A stretch of DNA of 64,000 nt from Camelus dromedarius (taxonomy: Eukaryota): assembly GCF_036321535.1 (NCBI RefSeq), contig NC_087436.1, forward strand, positions 49,974,001-50,038,000. Direction: 5' to 3'. The notes under the pieces are model-generated. The model worked only from the letters and a program-made list of their open reading frames with translations. It searched no databases and had not been told where the DNA came from. The position numbers and the translations under genes are program-made. Position 1 is the first letter of the stretch. The number at the start of each line of letters is the position of its first letter. Of this stretch, positions 25,301-37,047 are shown piece by piece.

Positions 25301-26100
25301 CAGCTTTGATTTCCTCATTGATCCATTGTTTTTTCAATAACATATTGTTTAATCTCCATGCTTTCCTTTTTTTCTCCTTTGTTTCTCTGTTGTTGATTTC
25401 CAGTTTCATGGCATTGTGGTCAGTAAAGATGCTTGAGATAATTTCTATCTTCTTAAAATTGTTGAGGTTTCTTTTGTGCCCAAGTACATGATCGATCCTG
25501 GAAAATGTTCCATGTGCACTTGAAAAGAATGTATATTATTTTGGGGGGGTGTAATGCTCTGAAAATATCCACCAAATCTAGTTTTTCTATTGTAGTATTT
25601 AATTTCTCTGTTGCCTTGTTTATTTTCTGTCTGGAAGATCTGTCTAGTGATGTTAATGCAGTGTTAAAATCTCCAACTATGATTGTATTCCCATCAATAT
25701 CCCCCTTCATCTCTGTTAGTAATTCTTGTATGTACTTAGGTGCTCCTATATTGGGTGCATATATATTAACGAGTGTAATATCCTCATCTTGTATCACTCC
25801 TTTAATCATTATAAAATGTCCTTCTTTATCTTTCTTGATGGCCTTTGTTTTAAAGTCTATTTTGTCTGAAATCAGTACTGCAACACCTGCTTTTTTGGCT
25901 TTTCCATTTGCATGGAATATCCTTTTCCATCCTTTCACTCTCAATCTATATGTGTCCTTCTCCCTAAAGTGGGTCTCTTGTATGCAGCATATTGAAGGTT
26001 CTTGCTTTATTATCCAGTCTGCCACTCTGTGTCTTTTGACTGGAGCATTTAGTCCATTAACATTTACAGTAATTAATGATAGATGTGTGTTTATTGCCAT
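22306..26100 (-). pseudogene. L1 ORF2p (APE endonuclease, reverse transcriptase, CCHC knuckle), disrupted
   Basis: EN motifs: NVNGLN, CIQETH, VNIYAPN, IVGDFN. RT motifs: [42 protein letters not shown]-terminal [18 protein letters not shown]. Frameshifts lie near 25540, 25290, 24066 and 22640, with TGG>TGA at 23442-23444. Confidence 0.96.
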
Positions 26101-26504
26101 TTTGAACTTATCTTTGCAGTTGAATTGGTATATCCTCTTTGTTCCTTTCTTCTTCCTTTTGTGGTTTGGTAATTTTCCTTTGTATTATCATGGATTTTAT
26201 TTAATTTTTGTGACTCCTTTGTAAATTTTTGCCTTGTGGTTACCCTTTTTTGTAAATCTGTCAACCCATTACTATAACTGTTTTTATTAAACTGATAGTA
26301 ACATGATCTCAAACCCATCCTACTGTTAAAAAAATTTTAAAAAGAAAGAAAAAAATATTCTATATTTCCCTGCCTCTCTCTCCCACTCTCAGTGATTTGT
26401 ATATCTTCTTCTATAATTTCATGTTTACTTTATTTGTAATTCATGAGTTATCACCTTTCCAGTTGTGTGTTTCTCATTTCTGTAGCATCCTGCTGCTTTT
26501 CTAT

Positions 26505-27408
26505 TTAAAATAGCCCTTTCAATATTTCTTTTAGCATGGGTTTAGTGTTGCTAAACTCCTGCAGCTTTTTTTTGTCTGTGAAACTCTTTATTTCTCCTTC
26601 TATCCTCAAGGATAGCCTTGCTGGATAAAGGATCCTAGGCTGCATCTTTTTTTCATTCAGGGCTTTGAATATATCTTGCCACTCCCTTCTGGCCTGTAGT
26701 GTTTGTGTAGAGAAATCAGCTGAGAGCCTTATGGGGGGTTCCCTTGTAACTTACTCTTTGCTTTTCTCTTGCTGCCTTTAGAATCATTTCTTTATCCTTG
26801 ACTCTGGCCATCTTGATTATGATATGTCTTGGTGTGGGTCTATTTGGGTTCTTCATGTTTGGGACCCTCTGAGCTTCCTGTACTTGGATATCTGATTCCT
26901 TCTTTAAGTTTGGGAAGTTTTCAGTCATGATTTCTTCAAAAACCTTTTCAACCCCCTTTGATCTTTCTTCTCCTTCTGGGACCCCTATTATGCGAAGATT
27001 GGGACGCTTTATATTATCCCATAGGTCCCTTATGCTATTTTCATTATTTTTTATTTGCTTCTCTTGTAGTTCTTCTGAATGGGTGCTTTCTATCGCCCTG
27101 TCTTCTAGATCACTAATTCGTTCCTCTGCATTATCTAGTCGGCTTTGCACAGCTATTAGATCATTCCTCATCTCTGTCAATGAGTTTACCCATTCTACTT
27201 GGCTCTTCTTTATAGCTTCAATTTCATTTTTGACATATTTTATATCTCTAAACACTATCTCTTTTAATTCCTTCAGCAATTCGATCACTCCTTTTTTGAA
27301 ATCTTGATCTAGTAGGCTATCGATGTCTATTTTGTTGATCTTTCTTTCAGGGGATTTCTCTTGTTCTTTTAATTGGGAAAGGTTTTTCTGCTTCTTCATC
27401 TTGCTCAT
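26505..27408 (-). pseudogene. L1 ORF1p (coiled coil + RRM + CTD), ~300 aa after correcting one +1 frameshift
   Basis: ORF 26716..27408 has EERISDLED, LWDNIKRPNLRIIGVPEGEE, RPTPRHIIIK and ILKAAREK. An extra base in the G6 run at 26733-26738 breaks GTPIRLSADFS. The corrected frame continues ARREWQDIF..YPARLS..ILKGLF to TAA at 26505. Confidence 0.95.
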
Positions 27409-29092
27409 ACCTCTTTGGCACTGTGGTTTATGGAGTATCAGTTGTTTATTTTGGTCCTTAAGGATTTTATCTATCTGATGCCTATTTAGGAATAGAACTT
27501 AGGAAAAAAAGAAAAAAAAAATAAGAGAGAGAGAGGAAGAATTTTAAAAGAAGGGAGAAAGAGGGTTTGAAAACAGTGTATAATGAATAATAGAAGAGTG
27601 AGTTGAAGCAGAGTATTAATCGGGTTGAGACGTCCTTTTAAAACCTTTACAAAAAAGGGGGGGTGGGAGATGAATAGATGTATTTGAAACCTGTGTCTAA
27701 TCAATAGCAGGACATCAAAACCCAAGAGAAATAGAAATGAATTAAGAAGTAAAGATTAAGAGAGTAATAGAAAATAGAACAGGTAAAAACAAATTTAAAA
27801 AAAATAAATAAATAAAAAAGGGGGGGGGTTGTCGGTGTTCTCCTGGAGTCTGTGTGCTTTTAATGTGAAGTCTTTCTGTCTTCGTCCTGTTTTGGAAGCT
27901 CAGCTTGCTGTTTTCAGAGGCCCTCCGTTGGCGCCCTCTTCTGTGCTGCTCCCAGCACTTGTTGTCAAGCAGATCGCGCCTCCTCCTAACACTGGATCAG
28001 GTGCAGCTCTCTGCTGTGGGCGGGCGGGTCGCTGCCCCTCCGGATGCCGCAGTCAGATGTTGCAGACTGGCCAGGTAGGAGGGCGGGTCGTGCCGCCTCC
28101 CAGCACCTCGGTCAGGGGCTGTGTTCCTGCCCGAAAGGCAGGGGCCGCTCTCGCTCTACCTGCGCCGCCGGTAGTTCCGCTCTCTGTGAGGCTGCGCGCT
28201 CCTCCCTGGTCGGCGCTCTGCAGGTGGGCTCGGGGAAGACCGAGGGACAGCCCTGTCCCTGCTCCGAGCCAAAACCCAGCTCCTTGTTTGTCTTTGTGGA
28301 GCAAGTTCTCTGAGGGACCAGGATGGAAGGATCCTATCTGCCCCGGGCTGCAGGCCAGTCTCAGTCTGGCCTTTGCAGCTGCTAAGCCCTTCGGTGCGGA
28401 TGCAGGTTTCGCCCCCGCCCCCGCCTGGGTGCTCAGCGCCGGAGGATATGGCGGCTGTGCCTGAGCCCCGCCTCTCTTCCCGCGAAAACTTTCCGCGGGT
28501 TTTCAGAGATGGGGGTGTGCACCCTTACCCCTAGAGCACATCAACCTTGCTGTTTTATGGAGGGCCCAGGTTGTTCTGCCCTGTGCACCCACAGCCACGG
28601 CGCGCAGCCCCTTGCGTTCCCCCGGGGCTGCCTCCGTGCAGCCACTTCCGTCCTCCCCCCGGCTTGTGCAGCCTGGCCCTGCCCGCCGCTGCCGGCCCGC
28701 GTCTCAGGCTGGGTGTCAGGGGGACGCTCTGTGCCCGTTTAACTTAGTTCTGTCAGTCAAGGGCTGCTCTGTACAGATCCGAGCCTCGGAGGCTCCCTCT
28801 CCGTCCCGCTGGCCTCTCAGTTGGAGAGGGGAGACCCAGCGAGGGAGCGCCAGTCCTCCTTTGCCGCTCCCTCCCCGTGGGACCCGTCCCGCGCTGCTTT
28901 GCCTTTTGTTCTTTCTTTTTTCCTTTTCTCCTACCAGATTTTTGGCGTCTTTATCTTTTGAAGAGGGTGATGTTCTGTCAGAGTTCCACAGGTGCTCTGG
29001 TTGGCTGAGTGTGTCTGTAGATGTGGGTCTTGGTGTATTTGTGGGAGAGGGTGACCTGCGAGCGTCCTTCTACTCCGCCATCTTCTCTGTCT
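27409..29092 (-). promoter_or_regulatory. L1 5'UTR internal promoter / CpG island with YY1 site
   Basis: CpGs are dense at ~27900-28900. The YY1 motif CCGCCATCTT (AAGATGGCGG on the L1 sense strand) is at 29075-29084, ~10 nt from the element 5' end as in other mammalian L1s. Confidence 0.85.
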
Positions 29093-29110
29093 TAAATGTG
29101 TTCCATTTTT
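29093..29110. repeat. L1 target-site duplication, right copy
   Basis: TAAATGTGTTCCATTTTT followed by GA gives a 5'-TTTT/GA-3' nick site, a variant of the L1 EN consensus TTTT/AA. Confidence 0.9.
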
Positions 29111-29299
29111 GAAAACAGCAGGTCATTGAGTTTTAAAGTGTATTCCTCTTTAGAAAAACTATTAATTGAATTTTGCTACCTCTTATCTTAAATCAGTGTC
29201 ACAGGCTTATTACATTTTATTTAACAGGTCAAAATTCAAGTTTTATTGTTTGAACCAATTTTTCCAAAGCAGAAGGACTTTGACAGTAGGACAAATAAA

Positions 29300-31228
29300 C
29301 CATAAACCACCTAAACCTTAAAATCCAGAATAACTATTGCTATTTGTACACAATTACGTATATGCAAACACAGTCATGCATATTTTTTTTTCTAGTTTGG
29401 TTATACAAAATTCGGAGGATGTTATATATACTTTTCTATAACTTATCCTTTTAATAACAATCCATCATGAGCAATTTACTATGACATTAAATATTTTTGA
29501 AGGTTATATATCATATAACTATACTATAATTTATTTTTATGAATTTCCTCTTTGGATATTCAGATTGGCTGCAGTTTGTCAATATCATAACTATAAACAC
29601 ATCTGTGATAATTTTTTATTGTTAGTTCAAAATGAATGCACATTATTTTTAAAGATTTTGATTCATATCACCAAGTTATTTTTCAGGAAAGTTTTATAAT
29701 TTTAAACACTATCAGTAATGAGGGCATAATTTCATTGAACAATCAAAGGATTATATGTATCTATATATAAAATCTTTAATAATATAATTAGTAAAATAGT
29801 AAGGAAAAAAGAGGAAACTCATTGATAATTAAATTTCTGCATCTTTGATAACTCATAGTTTGAATGTGACTTCATAAGTTTATTGGTCATTTGTATTTCT
29901 GTTGTTATTTGCCAGTTCAAGTTTCCTTGCTATTTTTAAAATCTGAATGTTTAACTTTTTCCCTTCTGTTTGAACATCCTTTTGTTATTAAGGATATTAA
30001 TAATTTGTCTGCATATATTTTCCAGTTTGTTGCTTACTTCTGATTTTATTTACGATATATTTAACATGCAGAAGTTTCATATTTTTCTGTAGTCATTTTC
30101 ATCAGTTTTTATTTATTATTTTTCCATAAGAACATATACTCATTCTCATAATATTTGCCTCTACTTTCTTCTGGTGTCTTATGGTTTCATTTTTCATGTT
30201 TAATCTCTTAAGAGTTATCCTAAATTTGCTTTGGTTTTACATATAATAGAGTAATCTGAACCTACTCTTTTCCTTCAATAACAAATATTCAAGTTAATTA
30301 ATAAAATATTCTTTTTTCACCCACTGATTTAAAAATCACATTTCCATTGTGCATCAAATGAATGCCAATAATTAAATATGTTTCTTAGGTTTCTGTTGAT
30401 CTTAATATTTATTCTGCATTTCACACTCATTTTATACTATATTTAAATACTTGACAGTAAAAATATTTTCTATTTTTTTCCTAAAATGCTTGGATTAATC
30501 TTTTTTGTTTCCTGGTTACATTTTAAATGATTTTATTCTAAAGAATTAATAAATAAGTACAAAAATTTTTATTTTAATTCTCCTTAAAAATTAATCTTTT
30601 TAATTTTTGAGTACACATATTAAGATAGCTCTCCATTTACCTTATTTTATTATTTTATTTTATACAACTTACTAAATTATGTAGCTGTAGCATATCATTT
30701 ATACACATTTCTGTACATTTACTATTGGGAAACTTGTATTTTTGTACCCACTGTGAATAAAATATTTTTTTCTATTGTCTTTTCTAGTTGGATATTGATG
30801 GTATAGAGAGACCTCTTGATTTTGGTTTTATTTTTTGCTTTAGTGTTTTTCTACTGTCAGCTTCATTGATTTCTCCTCTAGCTTTTATTAATTTTCTCCT
30901 ACTTACTTTGGATTTCATTTGTTCTTATATTTTTTTTCCTAGTTTCCTAAGGTGGAACTTCAGATTACTGACTTTAGGTCTTTCTTCTTTCTAATATATG
31001 TAGTCAATGCTATTCATTTCCCTCTAAGTATTCTTTTTACTGCATCCCACACATTTTTATTGTTTTATTTTCATTTTCACTTAGTTCAAAATATTTTTAA
31101 TTTTTCTTGAGATTCTCCTTTGACCCATGTTTTATTTAAAAGCATATTGTTTAATCGTCACATATTTTAAGATTTTTCCAGCTATCTTCCTCTCTTATTG
31201 CTTTCTAGTTTACTTCCATTGTGATCTG
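29300..31228 (-). mobile_element. Degenerate old L1 fragments (3' region and ORF2 N-terminal part at ~30820-31228)
   Basis: T-rich L1 antisense text: ttattggtcatttgtatttct, ctagtttcctaaggtggaactt, atttccctctaagta...tgcatcccac. Confidence 0.7.
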
Positions 31229-32434
31229 GACTTGCTTAAAACAGTGAGACAACTGAAGAGAGAAATTACAAAAGAATTTTTTAAACAGTATTTAAGATAA
31301 AGAATGCAAGGAAAAGAGCTATAACTGCATAAAGACTTGGTAACAGGGACATAAAACCAGAATCCATAACTTGTGCAGTGATCATAGACTTCGCATAGAT
31401 TATCTTACTTAGTTCTGTGAAGTAGGTACCATTAGTGGTCAAATAAGGCAAACAACGCACACAGTGGTAACTTGCTCAATGTCAAACTCCTTGTAAGGAG
31501 AGAACCCCAGAATCCAACCTGGCGGAGAGTATATTCGTAACTAGTAGGCGTGAACTGCATGACACACACACACACACACAGTAAGAGGAGGAAACGATCA
31601 GAAGAGAATAGCACAAAACCTATCATGCCAGTAAGATTCAGCTAGGGCCCTGTCTACCTCTAATTAAGGACCATTAGTCAACTCCTTCTTGTCTTTAGTT
31701 ACTTATGACAACCCCTTTCCAAAAAGGAAAATGGCTCTCAGTTTGGATGTTAGGAGGGGCAACAGTAAGCCCACATAGCATTTCATTATTGATAATGCTT
31801 CCCATACAGAAAATTAAATGATCTCATCATTGGATATGACTTAGGCAAATATTCTTTATCACATGTCCACGTTTGAGAGGCTTGTGCTAAAAATGATTAT
31901 TCAACAAGCCCACATAGAAAATCTTATAATTTACCCATAGAAATAGAGCCCCTACCAGGATGCACAATCCCTCTGGTTATCTGCTCCCCAACACCTCAGC
32001 CTCCCCAAGATGGGAGAAATAAGAGCAGTTAGATTTAGACAATCAAGCCACGTAGCAGAGTTTGTCAGTCATGTATTTGAAGTCCACAGATCTGATTAGC
32101 ATTTTTCTGGTAACTAGAAATTATGAAAGCTCTTATTTAGGTGATGGAATTTACAACCACTAAACAAATAGCTCAAATTGGTTGAAAGGTTTGATAACAC
32201 TATGTCATCTTCCTAAGAAGATCAAGCTATTAAAACTTACCAATGAGGAAGAGCTTTACAAGCAGAAATGTCCCCCACAAGTAAGAAAAATGATCTCTTT
32301 TCACTGTATTTCTTGGCTCAAAATTATATTAAATTACCTACAAAATGGCAGTAGTGTTTAAGTGATGATTCATTCCCCCATTTTGAATCTAAGCAAAGGT
32401 TTTTTAGGGTTTTTTTGGTTGTTGGTGGTGGGGT

Positions 32435-32435
<1 letters not shown>

Positions 32436-32466
<31 letters not shown>
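32436..32466. repeat. Poly(T) run, 31 nt
   Basis: Direct read. Confidence 0.95.
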
Positions 32467-32467
<1 letters not shown>

Positions 32468-32684
32468 GAAGGGAGTTATTTTTCCTTTTTGTCTGACTTA
32501 TCTTGTTCATTTTAACATAGTAAATAAAAGTCTCTGCAAGATTTTTAGGTAGTTTTTGCAGAAAAAAAAAAGAGGAGTTGCCTTGTTTGTTTTTTTAATC
32601 TATCAGCTGGTGACAGGAGGAATGGTTGTCCAGTGGGACATCCTAATTTTTCATTGGGAAATGATCAGTTTAGTGATACACTTC

Positions 32685-33060
32685 CTCCATTCACTCATGA
32701 AAGTTTTATTGAGACCTTTTTGTTTGATAGGCCTTGGAGATACAGAGGTGAGTAGGGCAAGCATATTGTCTTCACTCATTGGGTTGAGGTTTTATCCAGG
32801 GAATATATATCTGAAGCAAGTGTGCACACAAATTAATTATTTTTATTTCAATTGTAGTACGTATCATAAAGGAGAAGACAGCATGTTTCTAGCAGTGGAG
32901 TGTGATCCAGACTGATCCGCGGAGTGGGCTGTCACATAGGTTAGGCAAGGCTTTCCTAAGGAAGACATTTCTAACGTAAAATTATGGAGGAGCAGTATCT
33001 AAGTGAAAAACGGCATGGCCTGAGGAAAGAACACGTTCAAAGGCTATGAAGGTAGGCAGG
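32685..33060 (-). mobile_element. L2 3' end
   Basis: cattcactcatgaaagttttattgag...ggagatacagaggtgag...aaggctttcctaaggaagacattt. Confidence 0.65.
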
Positions 33061-34100
33061 AAGCCGAAGAGGTCAACCTGCTAACGCAGGAAACAGGGGA
33101 GAAAGCGCTAGTGGGAGGACACTAGCGGACAGGCAGCGCCATGCGGGGTGACGTCGAGTTCCCAGTAACCCGAAAGTAGAAGAGGGGTTGATCTTTGACT
33201 TAAGGACCCCTGCTGGCAACAGTGATCTTAAAAGCATAAGTCCTGTACCGTCAGGAATTGATTGATTAATTAAAGAAAAATGTATTCCCCTCCTAACCCA
33301 CTTCCATTTTACTGGTAATCAAACCAGTGCTGAACTTGGAAAAGAAAAGAGAAATTAGGTTGCTAAATGTATTGTGTTTTTGGAGGAATCAATGTATATG
33401 AAATACCTGGAGAAACCTTGAAAATGACGCACTTTTCAAGTGGTAGAGTTGTAGATGTATTTCTTATAGTGAAGTGGATTAAAATGAAAGGACTAAAACC
33501 TGAAATGAGGACAAGCTTACCAGAATGCCAGTTGCTTGGGTTTAGAAATAGTACCACTAAGTGCAGAGCAGCTTGAAGAAATGCAGTTACTTAAATTAGG
33601 ATGCACCAGTAGACTTTAAGATTTTAGTATTTTTTTTCCATTAAAGAATGTTTAAGTGATGAAGGTGCAATGAGTCTTTCCACAAAACTAGCTTTAACTT
33701 TACCTTCATCCTGAGAGTGTAACAGGCAGTTGCACTAATCTGTCCTGATGGAGTTTTTATTTCGTTGTAGTTAGATAGTGTTCCAGGTCAGTCCAAAACC
33801 TCTTTAAGCTGGCATTGAGTAAGATAAGGAACATATAAAAACAATGATTCATTCAAAAAAATATGTTGAATACCTGTTATGTATTAATGATCACTTCTGA
33901 GTGACATGGAATTTAAGAGACAGAGTTCTACCCCCAAGACATTTGGGGAGGATTTACATTTCCTATATGTAAAATGTAAGAGCTGCCATGTAAAAATGCT
34001 ACATGATGTCAGAAGAGGGGCCGCTGAATTGAAATAGAAAATGAGACAAAGAAGCCTCACAGAGAAGGTGGCATTTGAATCCCTTTAAAGAATGAACTGA

Positions 34101-34154
<54 letters not shown>
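34101..34154. repeat. (AAT)18 microsatellite at a MIR 3' end
   Basis: Direct read; abuts the MIR at ~34155-34375. Confidence 0.97.
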
Positions 34155-34156
<2 letters not shown>

Positions 34157-34375
34157 TGATGTCAAAATACAACAGAAGCTCCCTTTGTGGACTGTCATGT
34201 GCCAAGTGCTCTCTATATATTTTCTCATTCATTCCTCACAAGAATTCTTTGAAATAGCATCGTGATCCCCATTTTACTGCTGGAGAAACTGAGGGCAGAG
34301 AGACAAAGCAATTTGTCCTGGGTCACAACCAGTACATTTGAATTCAGGTTTGGCTTATTATTTATCTTGCCTCAT
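34155..34375 (-). mobile_element. MIR SINE (inside L2 remnants)
   Basis: atccccattttactgctggagaaactgaggcagagag..aatttgtcctgggtcacaacc...atttgaattcagg. Confidence 0.8.
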
Positions 34376-34647
34376 TATTTATTTTGCATCTCAGGTGGAG
34401 GGCCCAGCAAGGGACAAAGATATAGAAGGTCAAAGCGTATCCTGAAATACCAGGTATCCTATTTGTCAAGGGAGCATCTGGATAAGAAAGCTAATCCTGG
34501 AAGACCAGGAGTCCTATTTGGCAAAGCAGGGAATCTTCCAGCTAGAAAAATAGGCTAAAGCTAAATTTACAAGATCTTGAATGCCAAGCAAGGGAACGTG
34601 AACTCTATTTGACAGAGCCTGGAGAAAAGTTTACAATCTCTGATTAG

Positions 34648-34818
34648 AAGAGGGAACTATATTCAATATCTTGTAGTAACTTACTACAAGTGAAAAAGAA
34701 TATGAAAACGATTATATGTATGTTCATGTATGACTGAGGCATTGTGCTGTACACCAGAAGTTGACACAACATTGTAAACTGATATACTTCAATAAAAAAA
34801 ATATATATACATAAAAAA
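34648..34818 (+). mobile_element. Short L1 3'UTR insertion with AATAAA and A-tail
   Basis: agggaactatattcaatatcttgta...gacacaacattgtaaactgatatacttcaataaaaaaa. Confidence 0.9.
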
Positions 34819-36240
34819 GAACATGAAGGAGGGGACGACATTTGAATGAATAAATAATGAACATACTAAATCTTAAAAAGGAAAAGACTGATGTGACAAA
34901 TGTAGCATTGACCAGGGTTAGTCCAGCAGCGGTAAGAAAGGTGTACTAGAGCAAAAAGAAAGCAGAGAGTAAAGAGAACACTTCAGGAGTCCAGGAGAAG
35001 GATACCCAGTGTCTGAGTTTGGGGTAACTACAGAGGAATCGAAAGAGAAAAATACATACAAGAGACAGAAAAAAAAAAACAAAGAAAGAAAAAGGAAAAG
35101 AAAAAATGGCAGTGAGAAGCCTTGAAAGGTTTTAAATTCAGGAACCCATTATTTTTTAATGTTTTGGGAGATATAATAGGTCTCTAAGCGAAAAAAAAAA
35201 AAGAAAGAAGCACCCTCTTCCAGGGCATTTCGCTTTTCCTCTCCACCCAGAGAGTCTCAGTTTACAGAGCAGTCCACTTTTATTTGGGGGGAGAGGTCCA
35301 CTGCTGTGCATGCCGGGGCTGTGCTGGGCTACCTCATTATTGCTCCAGCCTCTGTGCCTCGCATCTTCGGATGGATGGCTTTTTCCATCATATATCATCA
35401 CCGTGACAGCACAGGGATGATCTAGTACAGCAAGCGCTGCAGCCCTGATGATGTGGACGGTAGTAATAGCACGGTCTACTCAGGGGAGCCGAAGGCGGTG
35501 TGTTTTTTTCTTAAAGGTAAACTGGAAAGGTGGAGAGGGGAAAAGCGAACTAAAAAATTAAATACTGCCTCTTCAAAGATTCAAAATAACTGCTGCAGTG
35601 TTGGCAGGAGGCAATGTGATAAGGCAGAGAGCATAGAGAAATAGAATGCTGTGGATCAGACTGACATTCACTCTGGGGATCACGGACGTAGAAATCAATT
35701 TTAAGATTAAAAAATTGAATTCGTAATTTTTGATCCACGCTGTGATTGAATTATGTGGCTCGTGGATCTTAATTAGAGTTGCATGCCCATCAAGTAAAAC
35801 TCTCAGGGGTATCTGAAACAAAAATAACATTTAAATGTTTTTTTTAAAATAAAAGACCCTAAATAAGACTTGGAAAAATTATTCTTCTCAGAATTATCTT
35901 ACTCTTAGTTTTTCATTTTTCACACTGTGAGAAAATTCTGAGTTCTGAATGATAAATGGAAATATTGTTGCAGTATGCCAGCTGAATACTAGTCAGGAAA
36001 ATTAATAATGTTATAGGTCTCACTTTTTCTACTTGGAACATTGAAAAAAGTCAGCTTACTATTTTAGGCTAAAGGCTGCTCTCTTTAATTCAGACTCCCC
36101 GCGTATCTCCTAAACAGATTCAGTTTCTCCCTTAGCTCTCTCTTGGATTACTTAATTTTCAGATTTACAACCGTGGCTTGTAAAGAGTTTCTCTTCCCTC
36201 CCTTATACACAGATCGATTCCCCTTGGGTGCTGGTATCTT

Positions 36241-36790
36241 AATCATATAATCATTTGAGTTGGAAGGACCTATGCTGGGGCACTAATCTATCCCTGTGAA
36301 TCACAGCGGGATTGATTTTATTATGACTAAGTCATTCTTGATCAATGAGTACGGGGTTTCAGCCTTGCATCTCTCCAGTGATGGCGATTCCACAGCCTCC
36401 CCTGGCAGCTGGTGCCATTCCCAACTACTCATATTGTTATAAAGTTAGTACTTATATATAACCTAAAGTTTCCCTTGTGGAATTGAAATCATTACTTCTT
36501 GTTCTGTCCTCATTGACTAATGAGAATTGGTCCCTATCCTCTTTATAACATCCCTTAACGAAGATGCCGACAGTTAACGTTTCCCCGCAGTCTTCCCTTT
36601 TCCAGACAGAACGTGCCCACTTCCCTTAACTTCTCCATGTAGGTCTTGTTTTTCAAACCCTTTATCATCTTTGTGGCTCTCCTCTGAACTCTTTTTATTC
36701 TATGTCTCTTTTGAAATGTGATGCTACAACCTAAATGCAGCATTTCACTGGAGGCCCAAACAACAGGGGAAGAGCAGACTAGTAGCTTTC
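36241..36790 (-). mobile_element. CR1/L3 LINE 3' portion
   Basis: RVQRRATKMIKGLKNKTYMEKLREVGTFCLEKGRLRG matches the CR1 ORF2 C-terminus. The 3' terminus aggtccttccaactc..atgattatatgatt resembles the CR1 tail. Confidence 0.85.
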
Positions 36791-36868
36791 TGCTGTGTGT
36801 GATATGAAGGGCTTTACTGCCATTCAGTAGAACCAACAGAAGTTTAATGCATGTAAGTAGTCTCTCAC

Positions 36869-37047
36869 CAAGGTCCTGCTGAATGCATAAGTTAAGGTAG
36901 TGGCCAATCCATTGGTATTTGCTTGCACAGTCCCTCGAAGAGGTCATCAATTGCAGAATTGTTCCACATGGAAGCATCCATGAGATTCTCCAAACTTGGA
37001 TTCTTTTCCGAATCCAACTGCCCTGCACTCCCAACATCAGTAACAAA
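36869..37047 (-). other. Candidate 179-nt exon
   Basis: Strong acceptor ttttatatttttgcag| and donor TTG|gtgaga. Phase 0 reads FVTDVGSAGQLDSEKNPSLENLMDASMWNNSAIDDLFEGLCKQIPMDWPLP*, and another frame is open throughout. Confidence 0.35.

Larger units (their letters stand above)
21974..29092 (-). mobile_element. Full-length young LINE-1 (5'UTR-ORF1-spacer-ORF2-3'UTR-polyA), inactivated
   Basis: ORF1 and ORF2 homology are in the correct order, with a GC/CpG-rich 5'UTR starting AGACAGAGAAGATGGCGG and a poly(A) tail (T-run ~21969-21990 on +). The flanking direct repeats are TAAATGTGTTGCATTTTT (21956-21973) and TAAATGTGTTCCATTTTT (29093-29110). Confidence 0.97.

Noticed and set aside
22807..27307. 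Long + strand ORFs (22807..23367, 24873..25169, 25505..26224, 26927..27307)
   Set aside because: These are antisense shadows of L1 ORF2/ORF1; their hydrophobic look comes from T-rich antisense codons.
27829..29112. Antisense ORFs in the L1 5'UTR (211 aa, 166 aa and others) as an ORF0 analogue
   Set aside because: GC-rich DNA lacks stops in several frames at once, the longest starts at TTG, and there is no recognisable similarity to primate ORF0.
33406..33520. Minus-strand exon (…FSPFILIHFTIRN…)
   Set aside because: Weak donor, an upstream donor only ~21 nt from the acceptor, and no homology; support is insufficient.
33999..34232. Poly-Ile ORF, and CV/HT-repeat ORFs at 11672-11923
   Set aside because: These are translations of (AAT)n and (GT)n microsatellites.
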